From Nibricoccus sp. (GTDB taxonomy: Bacteria; Verrucomicrobiota; Verrucomicrobiia; Opitutales; Opitutaceae), in NCBI GenBank assembly GCA_047602425.1, contig JASGHG010000001.1, forward strand, positions 2,688,001 to 2,752,000: DNA of 64,000 nucleotides. The letters are read 5' to 3'. Both the position numbers and the translations under genes were made by a program. Below are positions 19,316-29,332 of this stretch, in pieces. The notes under the pieces are model-generated. The model saw only the letters and a list, made by a program, of their open reading frames with translations, searched no databases and was not told the DNA's origin. The number at the start of each line of letters is the position of its first letter. The stretch's first letter is position 1.

Positions 19316-19588
19316 ATGGCAAAAAAATCCGCTCGTAAACCCAACGCTGCATTCCTTAAGCCGGTTCAACCTGACGCCGACCTCGCGGTCATCGTCGGTT
19401 CGAAACCCCTTCCTCGTACGGAGCTCACCAAAAAGCTCTGGGACTATATCAAGAAAAATGGCCTTCAGGACAAGAAGGTGCGCACTCAGATCAACGCTGA
19501 CGACAAGCTGAAGCCCGTTCTCAACGGCAAGAAGTCCGTTAGCATGTTCGAGCTCACCAAGCTCGTCTCTGGCCATTTGGTCAAGTAA
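19316..19588 (+). CDS. Stand-alone SWIB/MDM2 domain protein
   Basis: LAVIVG...PRTELTKKLWDYIKKNGLQD...INADDKL..V...SMFELTKLV. Confidence 0.93.
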   Translation: MAKKSARKPNAAFLKPVQPDADLAVIVGSKPLPRTELTKKLWDYIKKNGLQDKKVRTQINADDKLKPVLNGKKSVSMFELTKLVSGHLVK

Positions 19589-19615
19589 GACAACACCCCA
19601 AAGTTTTTAGACTTT

Positions 19616-19648
19616 AAGCCGTCGCGAATTCGTTCGCGGCGGCTTTTT
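19616..19648 (+). terminator. Intrinsic terminator after SWIB gene
   Basis: AAGCCGTCGCGAA-TTCG-TTCGCGGCGGCTT then T-run. Confidence 0.9.
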
Positions 19649-19876
19649 CGTTTTTGGAGCAAGCAAATGGAACGGTTGCGACGGGGCGATCGACCGAACA
19701 GGACGCAGTTTGATGCAGCAGCGGGCGCTCAACGCGATCTTGGAAGGCCAAGGCGGTGCATTACCCGGTAAAATTCGTCAAATACTGGTAACTTATTCGT
19801 TAGAAATGCCTTCGGCCGTGTGTTAGTTTGCGTGCTGGATACCGTGGACTATTCCACACCCAGCCTTGATCAGGTC

Positions 19877-22042
19877 ATGACCCTTCCCCCCAACCGGCTG
19901 AAACTTTTGCTCTCTTGGAGCGGCTTGGTGCTGCTCTGGTTGGTTGTCGGCTTGTGGGCGGCTTCGGCGGCACAGGTTTCCACCTTTTGGTTTGTGATCC
20001 TGGTCTGGCTGTTGCTCGGGGTGCCGCTCGCGACTTGGGCTTGGTTGTATCAACGCTCGGAAGCCGATGCTTTTGTCCGAAAGCTTTATGGCGCAATTGA
20101 GCAGAGCGAATCGGCGACGCTGATTGTCGATTTGGAGAACCGCATCGAATACGCCAACGATGGCATTTGTCGCCAGACGGGTTACTCGCGCGAGGAACTG
20201 ATCGGGCGGGCTTGGTGGGATTTCCGCAGCGAAAAAAAACTTCCCGTCGAAGTCGCCGAAATCACGGCTCGCGTGAAAGTGGGTCTTTCGTGGGAAGGGC
20301 AGGTAATGAATTCGCGAAAGGATGGTCAGACCTATCCAGCCCGCGCCGTCGTTTCGCCGGTGAGAGCCTCGGATGGGAAGGTCGCGGGTTTCATCGCGGT
20401 CTTCACCGACATGACGGATTCGTTGCGCAAAGAGCGCGAGTTACGCGATGCGAAGGAGCAGGCCGAAACAGCCGATCAGGCCAAAGGTCGTTTTCTCGCC
20501 ACCATGAGCCACGAAGTTCGCACGCCGCTGAACGGCATCGTCGGCTTCACGAGCCTGCTGCTCGACACGAAACTGACGCCTGAACAACGCGAGTACGTGC
20601 AGACCATCCGCAATAGCGGCGAGGCGTTGATTCATCTCACGGGAGATATTCTGGACTTTTCGCGCATGGAATCGGGCAAGCTTCAACTCGATGCCATGCC
20701 CTGTGACGTGCGGGCCAACGTCGAAGACGCGCTCGATCTCTTTGGAAATCGCGCCGCGGAAAACGGCGTGCAGTTGCTCCATTGGATCGAACCCGATGTG
20801 CCTTCGCAGCTCGTGATCGATGGCGGACGGTTGCGGCAAGTGGTGATCAATCTTGTGGGCAACGCCGTAAAATTCACCGCCAAGGGCGAGATCGAGGTGA
20901 CCGTGCGCAAGTTGACGGGCAAGTCCGTCTCGGTCGCACCCTTTGACGATGTTGCACACGGCCAGATGGTGGCAGAATTTGACGATGGCGGTTTGACCTT
21001 GGAATTCGAAGTGCGCGACACCGGCATCGGCATTGCGCCGGAGGATAGCCAGAAACTTTTCCGTCCCTTCACGCAGCTCGATGCGTCGACGGTTCGGCGT
21101 TACGGCGGTGCGGGCCTCGGCTTGGCGATTTCGCGCCAACTCGTGCGTTTGATGGGTGGCGATATTCGCGTGGAAAGCGAATTGGGACGCGGTTCGAAAT
21201 TTATTTTCACCGTCCGTGCGCGTCCCGCGGGCTCGGAGCCGGAGGTGGTTCCTGACAGCCGACTTTCCGGACGGCGGGTTGCGCTGATCGTCACCCATCC
21301 CGGACTGCGCGCCGAAGTTGGACATTTGTTGCGATTGGCCGGAGCCAAAGTGCTGGACTACACTTTGGACCAATTGCCCTCGGCCGGCTGGGATCTGGCG
21401 GTCGCGGATTGCGATGCCGTGTTATTGGAAAAGGCGGGCACACCCGTCCTCAATCAGCATCCGTCCGAGCGGTTGATCGGCCTTGTAGCGATCAATCTGA
21501 ACGCCACGCAACGCCAGGCGCTGCGTCACAATTTCCATCTTCTGCTGAACCGGCCCGTCCATCATCGCACCTTCCTCGATTTGCTGGCCAAGGCGGCGGA
21601 CGGCCTCACGAGCCGCACGCGTCCACCGGTTTCGCCCGTGGCCAGCGGACTCACGGTTCTCGTGGCAGAGGACGAATCGGTATTGCAACGACTTCTCGTC
21701 AGCACCCTGACGACGCTTGGCTGTAATTGCCGGTTCGTTGCCGAGGGTCGCGCCTGTTTGGAAGAAGTGAAAGCGGGCGGTTGCGACGTGGTCTTGATGG
21801 ATTTGCACATGCCGGAAGTCGATGGACTCACCGCGGTGAAACAAATTCGTGCCGGCGAGGCGGGTGAAGCGATGCGCGACATTTGGATTATCGCGATTAC
21901 TGCCGATCATCGCATCGAAATGCGCGAAATGGCGCTGGCGGCGGGCGTGAACGATTTTCTGGCCAAGCCGGTCAAGCTACCCGACCTCGAAGAGGCGCTC
22001 CGCCGTTATAAAGTGGCGCCGGCCGGACGAGTATCGGGCTGA
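19877..22042 (+). CDS. Hybrid sensor histidine kinase (2TM-PAS-HisKA-HATPase-degenerate REC-REC)
   Basis: MSHEVRTPLNG, NLVGNAVKFT, DTGIGI, GAGLGLAIS, C-terminal AED...LMDLHMP...KPV. Confidence 0.93.
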   Translation: MTLPPNRLKLLLSWSGLVLLWLVVGLWAASAAQVSTFWFVILVWLLLGVPLATWAWLYQRSEADAFVRKLYGAIEQSESATLIVDLENRIEYANDGICRQTGYSREELIGRAWWDFRSEKKLPVEVAEITARVKVGLSWEGQVMNSRKDGQTYPARAVVSPVRASDGKVAGFIAVFTDMTDSLRKERELRDAKEQAETADQAKGRFLATMSHEVRTPLNGIVGFTSLLLDTKLTPEQREYVQTIRNSGEALIHLTGDILDFSRMESGKLQLDAMPCDVRANVEDALDLFGNRAAENGVQLLHWIEPDVPSQLVIDGGRLRQVVINLVGNAVKFTAKGEIEVTVRKLTGKSVSVAPFDDVAHGQMVAEFDDGGLTLEFEVRDTGIGIAPEDSQKLFRPFTQLDASTVRRYGGAGLGLAISRQLVRLMGGDIRVESELGRGSKFIFTVRARPAGSEPEVVPDSRLSGRRVALIVTHPGLRAEVGHLLRLAGAKVLDYTLDQLPSAGWDLAVADCDAVLLEKAGTPVLNQHPSERLIGLVAINLNATQRQALRHNFHLLLNRPVHHRTFLDLLAKAADGLTSRTRPPVSPVASGLTVLVAEDESVLQRLLVSTLTTLGCNCRFVAEGRACLEEVKAGGCDVVLMDLHMPEVDGLTAVKQIRAGEAGEAMRDIWIIAITADHRIEMREMALAAGVNDFLAKPVKLPDLEEALRRYKVAPAGRVSG

Positions 22043-22066
22043 GCGCGGCTCTTGTTACGGGGGGAA

Positions 22067-22375
22067 TTATTTCGTTCCGGGAACCGGGCCGTATTTATTC
22101 GGACCTTTGTCGCTGCGACCGAAGAGCAGAATGACCAGGCCAAAAATGATGAATACACTGAAGACTCCCCACCACCCGTTGTGACCCATGTCCCGAGCTC
22201 GTTTGCCTGCGGAGACGAACAACACGAATAACCCTAAACAATACGAGATCACAACGAGCGGCAAAGCGGGCGCCGAAGAGGGACTTAAAATCGCCGGGAC
22301 GAATCTGAAAGCCAGGCTCACGGCGAAAAGCACGGCGAAATCGGCGCGCGTGATGCGATGATGCAAAGAAAACAT
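22067..22375 (-). CDS. DUF805 family membrane protein
   Basis: RITRADF, KRARDMGHNGW, GPNKYGP. Confidence 0.85.
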   Translation of the reverse strand: MFSLHHRITRADFAVLFAVSLAFRFVPAILSPSSAPALPLVVISYCLGLFVLFVSAGKRARDMGHNGWWGVFSVFIIFGLVILLFGRSDKGPNKYGPVPGTK

Positions 22376-22539
22376 CGTTGAAACGAGGAAGGAGCGGCGG
22401 AATTGCCAAATGATTCGGCCAGGCGCTCTTCGTCGGATTGCACGAGGACGACACTTTCAGGCCGCATGGTGAAGCATCCGCCGCAAATGCCGCTCACTTC
22501 TTTGTTTTCGTTACCGCATTTCGGGCAAAGCCAGATCAT
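22318..22539 (-). CDS. Zinc-ribbon ORF, possibly the frameshifted N-terminus of the DUF805 gene
   Basis: WLCPKCGNEN-x5-ICGGC; one extra T at 22381-22383 would fuse it to DUF805. Confidence 0.55.
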   Translation of the reverse strand: MIWLCPKCGNENKEVSGICGGCFTMRPESVVLVQSDEERLAESFGNSAAPSSFQRCFLCIIASRAPISPCFSP

Positions 22540-22571
22540 AAGTTTGGGGCGTTATGAATGGTTTTACTGCC

Positions 22572-24059
22572 TCAACCCGTCGAAAGCGCCGCTTCGATTT
22601 GTTTGGCGGCGGTTTTTAGGATGGTGAGGCGGGCGTGGCGTTTATTGTTGGCGGGGATCAAATGCCACGGGGCGTTGGGCTTGTCGGTGAGGGCAAGCAT
22701 GTCGCCCACGGCGGCTTCATAGCCGGCCCATTTGCGGCGGTTGCGCCAGTCCTCGGCGTTGATCTTGTGACGCTTGTAGGCGGTATGGGTTCGTTCGTTA
22801 AAGCGCCGCAATTGCTCCTGCTTGCTGATCTGTAGCCAAAATTTAACTACAATAATGCCGTGGTCGGTGAGTTGTTCCTCGAAATCGTTCATCTCGTCGT
22901 AGGAGCGCTTCCATTCCTCGGGCGTGGCAAAGCCTTCAAGGCGTTCGACGAGCACGCGGCCGTACCAAGAGCGATCGTAGATCGCGACTTTGCCCGCGCG
23001 GGGCACGTGACGCCAGAAGCGCCAGAGATAGTGGTGGGCTTTCTCCTCTTCGGTCGGTTTCGCCACGGGGATGACACGATAGTGGCGGGCATCGATCGCG
23101 CTCGTGAGGCGGCGAATGGCGCCACCCTTGCCGGCGGCGTCCCAACCTTCGAAGACAAAAACCACCGAGCGGCCGGCGGCTTGCGCGGCGCGTACGGATT
23201 GGTTCAGTCGGCCGAGCCATTTTTCGCGCTTCTCCTCGTACTCGTCGGCGGACAGCGACTGATCGAGCGGAAGAGCGCGCAGGCGTTGCAAGCCGCCGGG
23301 CCGGAGCGGATGGGAAACGTCGATCTTGGAGGTGGAGGAAGGTTTCTTTTTTATCCGCCGCAGATGGGCGTGAAAGTGGGTGAGGATGAGTTTTGCCACG
23401 GCGACATTGCGGGTGCGCTCATGTTCGGCATCGACAATGGTCCATTTGGCATCGGCGCAGTCGGTGGCTTTGATAATGCGGCGCGCGGTCCGGGCAATGC
23501 GGTCGTAGTTGCGGTAATGATACCAATCCTCGGGCGTGACGCGCCAAGCGGTTTCCGGAGTCGATTCAAGCGACTGAAGGCGTTCGCGCTGGGCGGATTT
23601 TGACAGGTGCAGCCAGACTTTGACGATAAGCGTATTATTGTCGGAGAGGAGCTTTTCGAAATGTTGGATGCGCTCGAGTTCGTGGCGGGTATCGCCAGCA
23701 GATTTCCGGCTGAAGGTTTCCTCGCGGAGGGCTTCGGTGTACCACGAACCAGCGTAGATGCCGATCCGGCCGTTGTTGGGCAGGCTGCGCCAGTAGCGCC
23801 ACATGAACGGACGTTCGCGTTCCTCGTCAGTGGGTTCCTGAATGGCGAAAGTTTCGAGGCCGCGGGGATCGAGCCAGCCGCTCAGCGTGTTAATAACATC
23901 GCCACGGCCGGCGCCTTCGAATCCGGCGATGATGAGAAGAATTTTAAACGGCGCTTCCTTTAGTGCGACCTGCAATTGAACAAGATCCTCGCGCAATTTG
24001 GGCACGCGGGCTTCATATTGCTTACGCGTGAGTCGGGTGTTGCTCGTGGGCTTGGGCAT
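22572..24059 (-). CDS. ppk2: Polyphosphate:AMP phosphotransferase (two-domain PPK2)
   Basis: Two PPK2 domains: GFEGAGRG/PFMWRYW and FEGWDAAGKGG/HYLWRFW/DRSWYGRVLVER. Confidence 0.93.
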   Translation of the reverse strand: MPKPTSNTRLTRKQYEARVPKLREDLVQLQVALKEAPFKILLIIAGFEGAGRGDVINTLSGWLDPRGLETFAIQEPTDEERERPFMWRYWRSLPNNGRIGIYAGSWYTEALREETFSRKSAGDTRHELERIQHFEKLLSDNNTLIVKVWLHLSKSAQRERLQSLESTPETAWRVTPEDWYHYRNYDRIARTARRIIKATDCADAKWTIVDAEHERTRNVAVAKLILTHFHAHLRRIKKKPSSTSKIDVSHPLRPGGLQRLRALPLDQSLSADEYEEKREKWLGRLNQSVRAAQAAGRSVVFVFEGWDAAGKGGAIRRLTSAIDARHYRVIPVAKPTEEEKAHHYLWRFWRHVPRAGKVAIYDRSWYGRVLVERLEGFATPEEWKRSYDEMNDFEEQLTDHGIIVVKFWLQISKQEQLRRFNERTHTAYKRHKINAEDWRNRRKWAGYEAAVGDMLALTDKPNAPWHLIPANNKRHARLTILKTAAKQIEAALSTG

Positions 24060-24164
24060 GGCGGGCAGTTTTAGAGCACGCTGTGTGCGAGGCGAGCGGA
24101 GTTTTTAGAGAAGTTGTTTCAAACACGTGACAAATTCCGCCCGATCGGCGAGGCCGGGGTGTCG

Positions 24165-25499
24165 CTACGGCTGGGTTGTGGCGGTGGCGGGTGGTTTTGG
24201 ACGCGGAGCGACCGGTTTTGAGGAGTAGCTGCTGCCGGTCGGGCCGAAGGTGACGGTGTTGCCGCTGGCCACGCGGTTGATCCATTGCATGTTGGTTTTC
24301 AGGTAGGCATCGCCGATTTCCTGGCCGAGTGCATTGCGCACCTGGGTGCGTGCTTGATTCGCGAGATCGGAGAGGGCGGCTTTTTTCTGTTCCGGAGTCA
24401 GGCCGCTGTTGTTGGCGATATTGAGAGTCTCGGCAGAAATGCTGTTTCGCAGGCCATAGACTTGCTCGATGGTTTGCTGGGGAAGATTGAAGCGGGTGGC
24501 CGCGGCCTGGAGCATGCGGTAGTCGTAATCCCCGGTGCGGTTGTATTCGGCGTAACGTTCGTCGCCCAGAAGGGCACGCGCCTGCTCATCACTTTTGGCG
24601 CGGACTTCGCGCTGGGCTTTGAGCTGCGCGATTTGCTCCTGACTCAGAGGCTGGTTTGGCGTGAAATTGCGGACGGCACTGTTGGCGCTGGAATCATAGA
24701 CGGGCTTGTAGATATCGAAGAGCGCGCGAAATTCGCTGTCGGATACGGTGAGATTGGCGAGGCGGTTGCGCAGCGTGGAAGCGGTGTTGGAATGGCGCAG
24801 ATCGTATTCGGCGAGTTCGGCGGGAGAGAGCAAGGACTCGATGTCCTTGCGGCGTTCCTGTTCGAGCAATTTCAATTTTTGATCGTCACTGGCGACGCGG
24901 AAACGGCCAATCTCCTCGTTGAGGTCGGTGCGCATCTCAGCGTAGTCGCGATTGATCTGACGGAGTTGATCGGCCTTGTCGTGGGGCAAGTAGTTATAGC
25001 GAAGGTTTTCAAGATCGGGTTCGGCCGAGGTTGAGCCGAACAGCGCTTCCGCTTGCCGGGCGCCCTCGCGGGAAAGGGTGCGAAGCTCGGCACGTTCCTC
25101 CTTGGTCAAACGACTGGAGTAGGATTCGCCGCCGACGAGATCGGATTTTTCGTTGCTGTGTTGCGCGAGCATGGCGCGGTATCGGGCGTAATAGGGCTCC
25201 AGAAGAATCGTCCGGACCATGCGGCGCACCACCTCTTCGGGCAGGCCGAGTGCGCGCAGTTGGTCGCGCAACGTCGCGGGATCGCGGCTCGCAATGGCAT
25301 TCGCCAAAGCGCTCGGAGCTGCTTCCACCGACGCCGAGCCGCCTGTCGCGGATGAAGCAGTGGCGGACTGGCTGCGGGCGGGGGTTTGTTTGGAGAGGAA
25401 CGGCAGGGATTTGACCGAATCGCGTCCCAGGACGAGAACGGTGACAAGAAGCGCGTTGGCAGCGATTGAAGCGGCCAAGACCAAAGCGAGGGGTTTCAT
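24165..25499 (-). CDS. Hypothetical membrane-anchored all-helical protein
   Basis: MKPLALVLAASIAANALL anchor, Ser/Ala linker, charged helical body; coding-like codon usage. Confidence 0.8.
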   Translation of the reverse strand: MKPLALVLAASIAANALLVTVLVLGRDSVKSLPFLSKQTPARSQSATASSATGGSASVEAAPSALANAIASRDPATLRDQLRALGLPEEVVRRMVRTILLEPYYARYRAMLAQHSNEKSDLVGGESYSSRLTKEERAELRTLSREGARQAEALFGSTSAEPDLENLRYNYLPHDKADQLRQINRDYAEMRTDLNEEIGRFRVASDDQKLKLLEQERRKDIESLLSPAELAEYDLRHSNTASTLRNRLANLTVSDSEFRALFDIYKPVYDSSANSAVRNFTPNQPLSQEQIAQLKAQREVRAKSDEQARALLGDERYAEYNRTGDYDYRMLQAAATRFNLPQQTIEQVYGLRNSISAETLNIANNSGLTPEQKKAALSDLANQARTQVRNALGQEIGDAYLKTNMQWINRVASGNTVTFGPTGSSYSSKPVAPRPKPPATATTQP

Positions 25500-25539
25500 G
25501 GCAACGTGCCGCGGGGTGAAAACTGGCGGTTGGGGGTGG

Positions 25540-25971
25540 TTATAAAATTTCTTCGAGACTCGAGGCGACGGAGGCCACGCAGCAGGCGCAGGTGGCCTGC
25601 TTGAGGCCGCGCTTTTTGAAATCGGCCTTGCCGGCATCGGTCTGCAAATCGCAGCCTCCGAGCAATTCCTTGCAGCGGACTCCGCCATGACGTTTTTGAA
25701 AACGGTCTACGAGGTCGCGTACCTGTGCGTAGAGTGCACCAGCATCGGGCGAAGGCGATTTTGCCGTGCGTACATGGCGGACCGAGAGCGCAAGAATGCC
25801 GCCCGCCAGCGCGCCGCAGACATCGTGGCGGCCACCGCCAAAACCACCCGCCATCTTCATGGCTTGCTCGCAGTCGAGCGAAAGCCGGCCGCACGCAGCC
25901 GACAACACGGCTTGCGAGCAATTGCAGCCGGATTCGAACTTGGCGGAAGCGGAGGCGCTCAAGGTTTTCAT
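25540..25971 (-). CDS. C-GCAxxG-C-C family putative redox protein
   Basis: NCSQAV, GFGGG, VCGALAGG, CKELLG, C-terminal Cys cluster. Confidence 0.9.
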   Translation of the reverse strand: MKTLSASASAKFESGCNCSQAVLSAACGRLSLDCEQAMKMAGGFGGGRHDVCGALAGGILALSVRHVRTAKSPSPDAGALYAQVRDLVDRFQKRHGGVRCKELLGGCDLQTDAGKADFKKRGLKQATCACCVASVASSLEEIL

Positions 25972-26029
25972 CGAACGGAAAGGCGACTTTTCAAAACCAA
26001 ACCGGGGTCGTTGACGAGTGAAATGGGTT

Positions 26030-26753
26030 TCATGCCGCGCTCTGGCCTGCGGGGTTCGTAGGATTTTCCTTTTTCGCGAGATACGCGAGCAGCAGGGTGA
26101 AGAAGCAAAGTACGAGATTGAATAACGGGATCTGCAGTGTGCTCGGTAGTGAATAAATGATACACACGGTTGGCACCCAGACACCAAGATTGGAAATCAG
26201 CATGGGCGGAACCCGGCGACGATACCAGCCCGGCGCACGCCAGTCGGCCACGACGGCGGCGGTGTCGAAACGGCTTTCGCACCACGCATAGACGAGAACC
26301 GTCAAAGGAACGAAAAACAGCGGGCACATGACGAACTGATCGAGAAACATTTTGATCAACACGGTTTTCATGTCCGTGCCTTCGCCGACGAAACGTACCA
26401 GCACGCGGTACCAGAAATCGACTTCGACGCCCTTGTAGGCCCAGAACACGACGAGCAGGAGATTTTGTTTGAAGTTATACTGGTTGCGCGTGGACGGATT
26501 GAGCTTGAGATACAGACAGGGCAGCAAGCCGCCGAAGAGCGAAGTCGAAACGCAACTGTAGATAAAGCCCTGTTCGGCACGAAAGGCCGCCAGTTTTTCG
26601 CACCAGGCACGTGTCGCGTCGTGATGATAATACGCCAGCACCAGTGCGAGCGCGAAGGATTGCAGAATGAGGCCCGGTACAAGGTTGGCTCGAGCACCTC
26701 GCAGAGCCGGTGACCCAAGGCGCTTCAGACGGGGAATTGGCGGCGATGGACAT
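26030..26753 (-). pseudogene. Mpv17/PMP22-family membrane protein, 1-nt insertion near 26705 (probably a sequencing error)
   Basis: KMFLDQFV..PLF, VWVP..IIYSLP..LQ motifs; MSIAANSPSEAPWVTG joins LRGARANLVPGLILQ after removing one base. Confidence 0.75.
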
Positions 26754-26864
26754 GAACGGCCATGTTCATGCGGTTGTGCGAAGTCGGCGAGTGAAAAGCA
26801 GGTCCAACATTACCCATTGACACCAATCCTCCTGCCCGGTCCGCGTCGCGCGCAGAGGCGGCGG

Positions 26865-27131
26865 TCAGAACATCGTAATCGCGTTTGCGCTCTCGATGAT
26901 GATCCAGGCGGCGCCAGCGATCAGGCCGGTCAAAAGGGCGGCTTTGGCAAGCTTGCGGCGACGCAGTTTCGACTCGTAACGGTCGGTACAGAACGGAGCG
27001 AGGCTCTCGCTTTGCGACATAAAGCTGACGAACTGGGCGTTCCGCAGCCGTGTTGTCTGTATAAGAGTGTTGTCGACGCGACCCATACGGATCGCGGGAC
27101 GATGAAACAGACTCTTAATGGCGTACAACAT
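26865..27131 (-). CDS. Small hypothetical protein with C-terminal TM helix
   Basis: 88 aa; RRRK followed by a hydrophobic helix; fills an intergenic gap. Confidence 0.65.
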   Translation of the reverse strand: MLYAIKSLFHRPAIRMGRVDNTLIQTTRLRNAQFVSFMSQSESLAPFCTDRYESKLRRRKLAKAALLTGLIAGAAWIIIESANAITMF

Positions 27132-27223
27132 GGCGGGGGTGTGGACTTATATCGGAAAAAAGAGTTCGTTTTTTCAATGTGAAATCAGCAGCCTCATCGG
27201 TTTTCACGTCGTTTTCACTGGTT

Positions 27224-28528
27224 ATGCATCGCTTCAATTATATAGGGCAAAGTCTTCATTGTGAGTCCGTCGATCTCGCCACCGTCGCGCAATTATACGG
27301 AACTCCCACATACGTCTATAGTACCGGAACCATCTCCGATAACTATAACCGGCTCGCGAAGAGCCTTTCGGGTTTGGATGTGCAGATTTGTTATGCCATG
27401 AAGGCAAACTCGAATCTCGCTCTATTGAAGCATTTTGCGAATCTTGGAGCGGGCTTCGACTTGGTGAGCGGCGGCGAAATCCGTAGGGTGATCGCCTCAG
27501 GCGCCGATGTGAAGAAGAGCGTGTTTGCCGGCGTTGGTAAGACTGAGGCGGAGATCAAGTTAGCGCTGGAAAACGGTATTTTTTCCTTTCATGTCGAAAG
27601 CGAACCCGAACTGGCTCGTATCGACCACGTGGCTGGTAAAATGGGTGTAAAGGCGCCCATTGCGATTCGGGTGAATCCCGATGTCGACGCTCGCACGCAC
27701 GCCAAGATCACGACCGGCAAGAGCGACAACAAGTTTGGCATCCCCTTCAAGTACGCTCTCGCGGCTTACGAAGCTGCGGCCAAGTTTAAGAATATCCTGA
27801 TCAAGGGCGTGCAGATCCATATTGGCTCGCAACTCACCGAGATCACGCCGTTCGTCGAAGCCGTTGAAAAGCTCGTGCCGTTTGTCACTGAGCTGAAGGC
27901 GAAGTTTGGCGTCAGCTATTTCTCGATCGGCGGCGGCATCGGCATCGTTTATCAGGACGCACTCGCTAGCGGTCAAAAAGCTTGGTGGGACGCTCAGCCC
28001 GAGGAAACCCGTCCGATCACGCCCGAAGCTTATGGCGCGGCGCTTCGTGGTTTGCTCAAGCCGCTTGGCCTCAAGATCCTTCTCGAACCCGGCCGTTTCA
28101 TGGTCGGCAACGCCGGCGTTTTGCTGGCGCGCGTCGAATACGTGAAGCGCGGCCATGGCAAGAACTTCCTGATCCTGGACGCGGGCTTCAATGACCTCGT
28201 TCGCCCGGCCATGTACGAAAGCTATCACGAGATCGCGCCGCTCCATCGCGACACCACCCGTCGTGCGCTGACGGCCGATATCGTCGGTCCGATCTGCGAA
28301 AGCGGCGACTGCTTCGCCAAGGACCGCCAGATCCAGGAAGTCGGCGAGGGCGAATTCGTCGCCTTTATGAGCGCCGGCGCCTACGGCTCGTCCATGTCGA
28401 GTCGCTACAATTCCCGGACGCTGCCGGCCGAGGTGATTGTGCATGGTTCGGTGTTCGAACTCGCCACCGCCCGCGAAAGCTTTGAGGCAATGATTGCGGC
28501 CGAGAAAGTTCCCGGTTTCCTTCGCTGA
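27224..28528 (+). CDS. lysA: Diaminopimelate decarboxylase
   Basis: YAMKANSN, HIGSQ, EPGR, GPICESGD, AGAYG. Confidence 0.97.
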   Translation: MHRFNYIGQSLHCESVDLATVAQLYGTPTYVYSTGTISDNYNRLAKSLSGLDVQICYAMKANSNLALLKHFANLGAGFDLVSGGEIRRVIASGADVKKSVFAGVGKTEAEIKLALENGIFSFHVESEPELARIDHVAGKMGVKAPIAIRVNPDVDARTHAKITTGKSDNKFGIPFKYALAAYEAAAKFKNILIKGVQIHIGSQLTEITPFVEAVEKLVPFVTELKAKFGVSYFSIGGGIGIVYQDALASGQKAWWDAQPEETRPITPEAYGAALRGLLKPLGLKILLEPGRFMVGNAGVLLARVEYVKRGHGKNFLILDAGFNDLVRPAMYESYHEIAPLHRDTTRRALTADIVGPICESGDCFAKDRQIQEVGEGEFVAFMSAGAYGSSMSSRYNSRTLPAEVIVHGSVFELATARESFEAMIAAEKVPGFLR

Positions 28529-28529
28529 T

Positions 28530-29318
28530 GTGAAAACCACCACGCACACGCTCCGAAAACTGAAAGGTCAGCGCCCGATCGTCTGCGTGACGGCCTACGA
28601 CGCGATCACCGCGCGTTTCGCGAGTGAGGCCGGTGTGGATGTGATTTTGATCGGCGATTCCGTCGGCAACACCGCGCTCGGCTATGAAAACACCGTGCCC
28701 GTGACGCTTGACGACATGTGTCATCACACGGCGGCCGTGGCGCGCGCAAAGCCGGAGTCGATGGTCGCGGCCGATGTGCCGTTTGCCGAGGCGCACTACG
28801 ATTTTGAACGCGTGCTCCGCGCCTGTCAGCGGCTCATGCAGGAAGCCGGCGCCGAGGCCGTGAAAATCGAGGGCGGCGCCGTGCTCGCGCCCACCGTGGC
28901 GCGTCTCGTCGAGGCTGGCGTGCCGGTTTGGGGTCATATTGGACTCAAGCCGCAGCAAGTGCACGCGCTTGGGCGTTACAAAAAGTTCGGCACCACTCCG
29001 GCCGAGGCCGAAGGCTTGATGGCGGATGCGCTGGCGCTGGAGAAAGCTGGAGTTTTTGCCCTGCTGATCGAAATGGTTGACCATGGCTTGGCGCGCACGT
29101 TGAGCGAGACCGTGAAAGTGCCGGTCATCGGAATCGGCGCAGGACCGCACTGCGATGGCCAGATTTTAGTCTACACGGATATGCTCGGACTTTCGGGCGG
29201 TTACGTGCCGGGTTTTGCCCGGAAGTTTGCCGATGCCGGCGAGCAATTCAAAAAAGGCTTCTCGGCCTACGCCGACGCGGTGCGTCACCGGAAATTCCCT
29301 GAAACCGAGACGAAATAA
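28530..29318 (+). CDS. panB: 3-methyl-2-oxobutanoate hydroxymethyltransferase
   Basis: TAYD, LIGDSVG, AVKIEGG, GHIGLKPQ, IGIGAG..CDGQILV. Confidence 0.96.
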   Translation: MKTTTHTLRKLKGQRPIVCVTAYDAITARFASEAGVDVILIGDSVGNTALGYENTVPVTLDDMCHHTAAVARAKPESMVAADVPFAEAHYDFERVLRACQRLMQEAGAEAVKIEGGAVLAPTVARLVEAGVPVWGHIGLKPQQVHALGRYKKFGTTPAEAEGLMADALALEKAGVFALLIEMVDHGLARTLSETVKVPVIGIGAGPHCDGQILVYTDMLGLSGGYVPGFARKFADAGEQFKKGFSAYADAVRHRKFPETETK

Positions 29319-29332
29319 CCCTTACCGCCAAA

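Noticed and set aside
24068..24120. GTTTTAGAGC and GTTTTTAGAG 33 nt apart, resembling the start of a type II-A CRISPR repeat
   Set aside because: Only about 10 nt match, two copies, period too short for repeat plus spacer, and no cas genes
25540..25971. Selenocysteine in the C-GCAxxG-C-C protein
   Set aside because: All motif positions are Cys codons; no in-frame TGA
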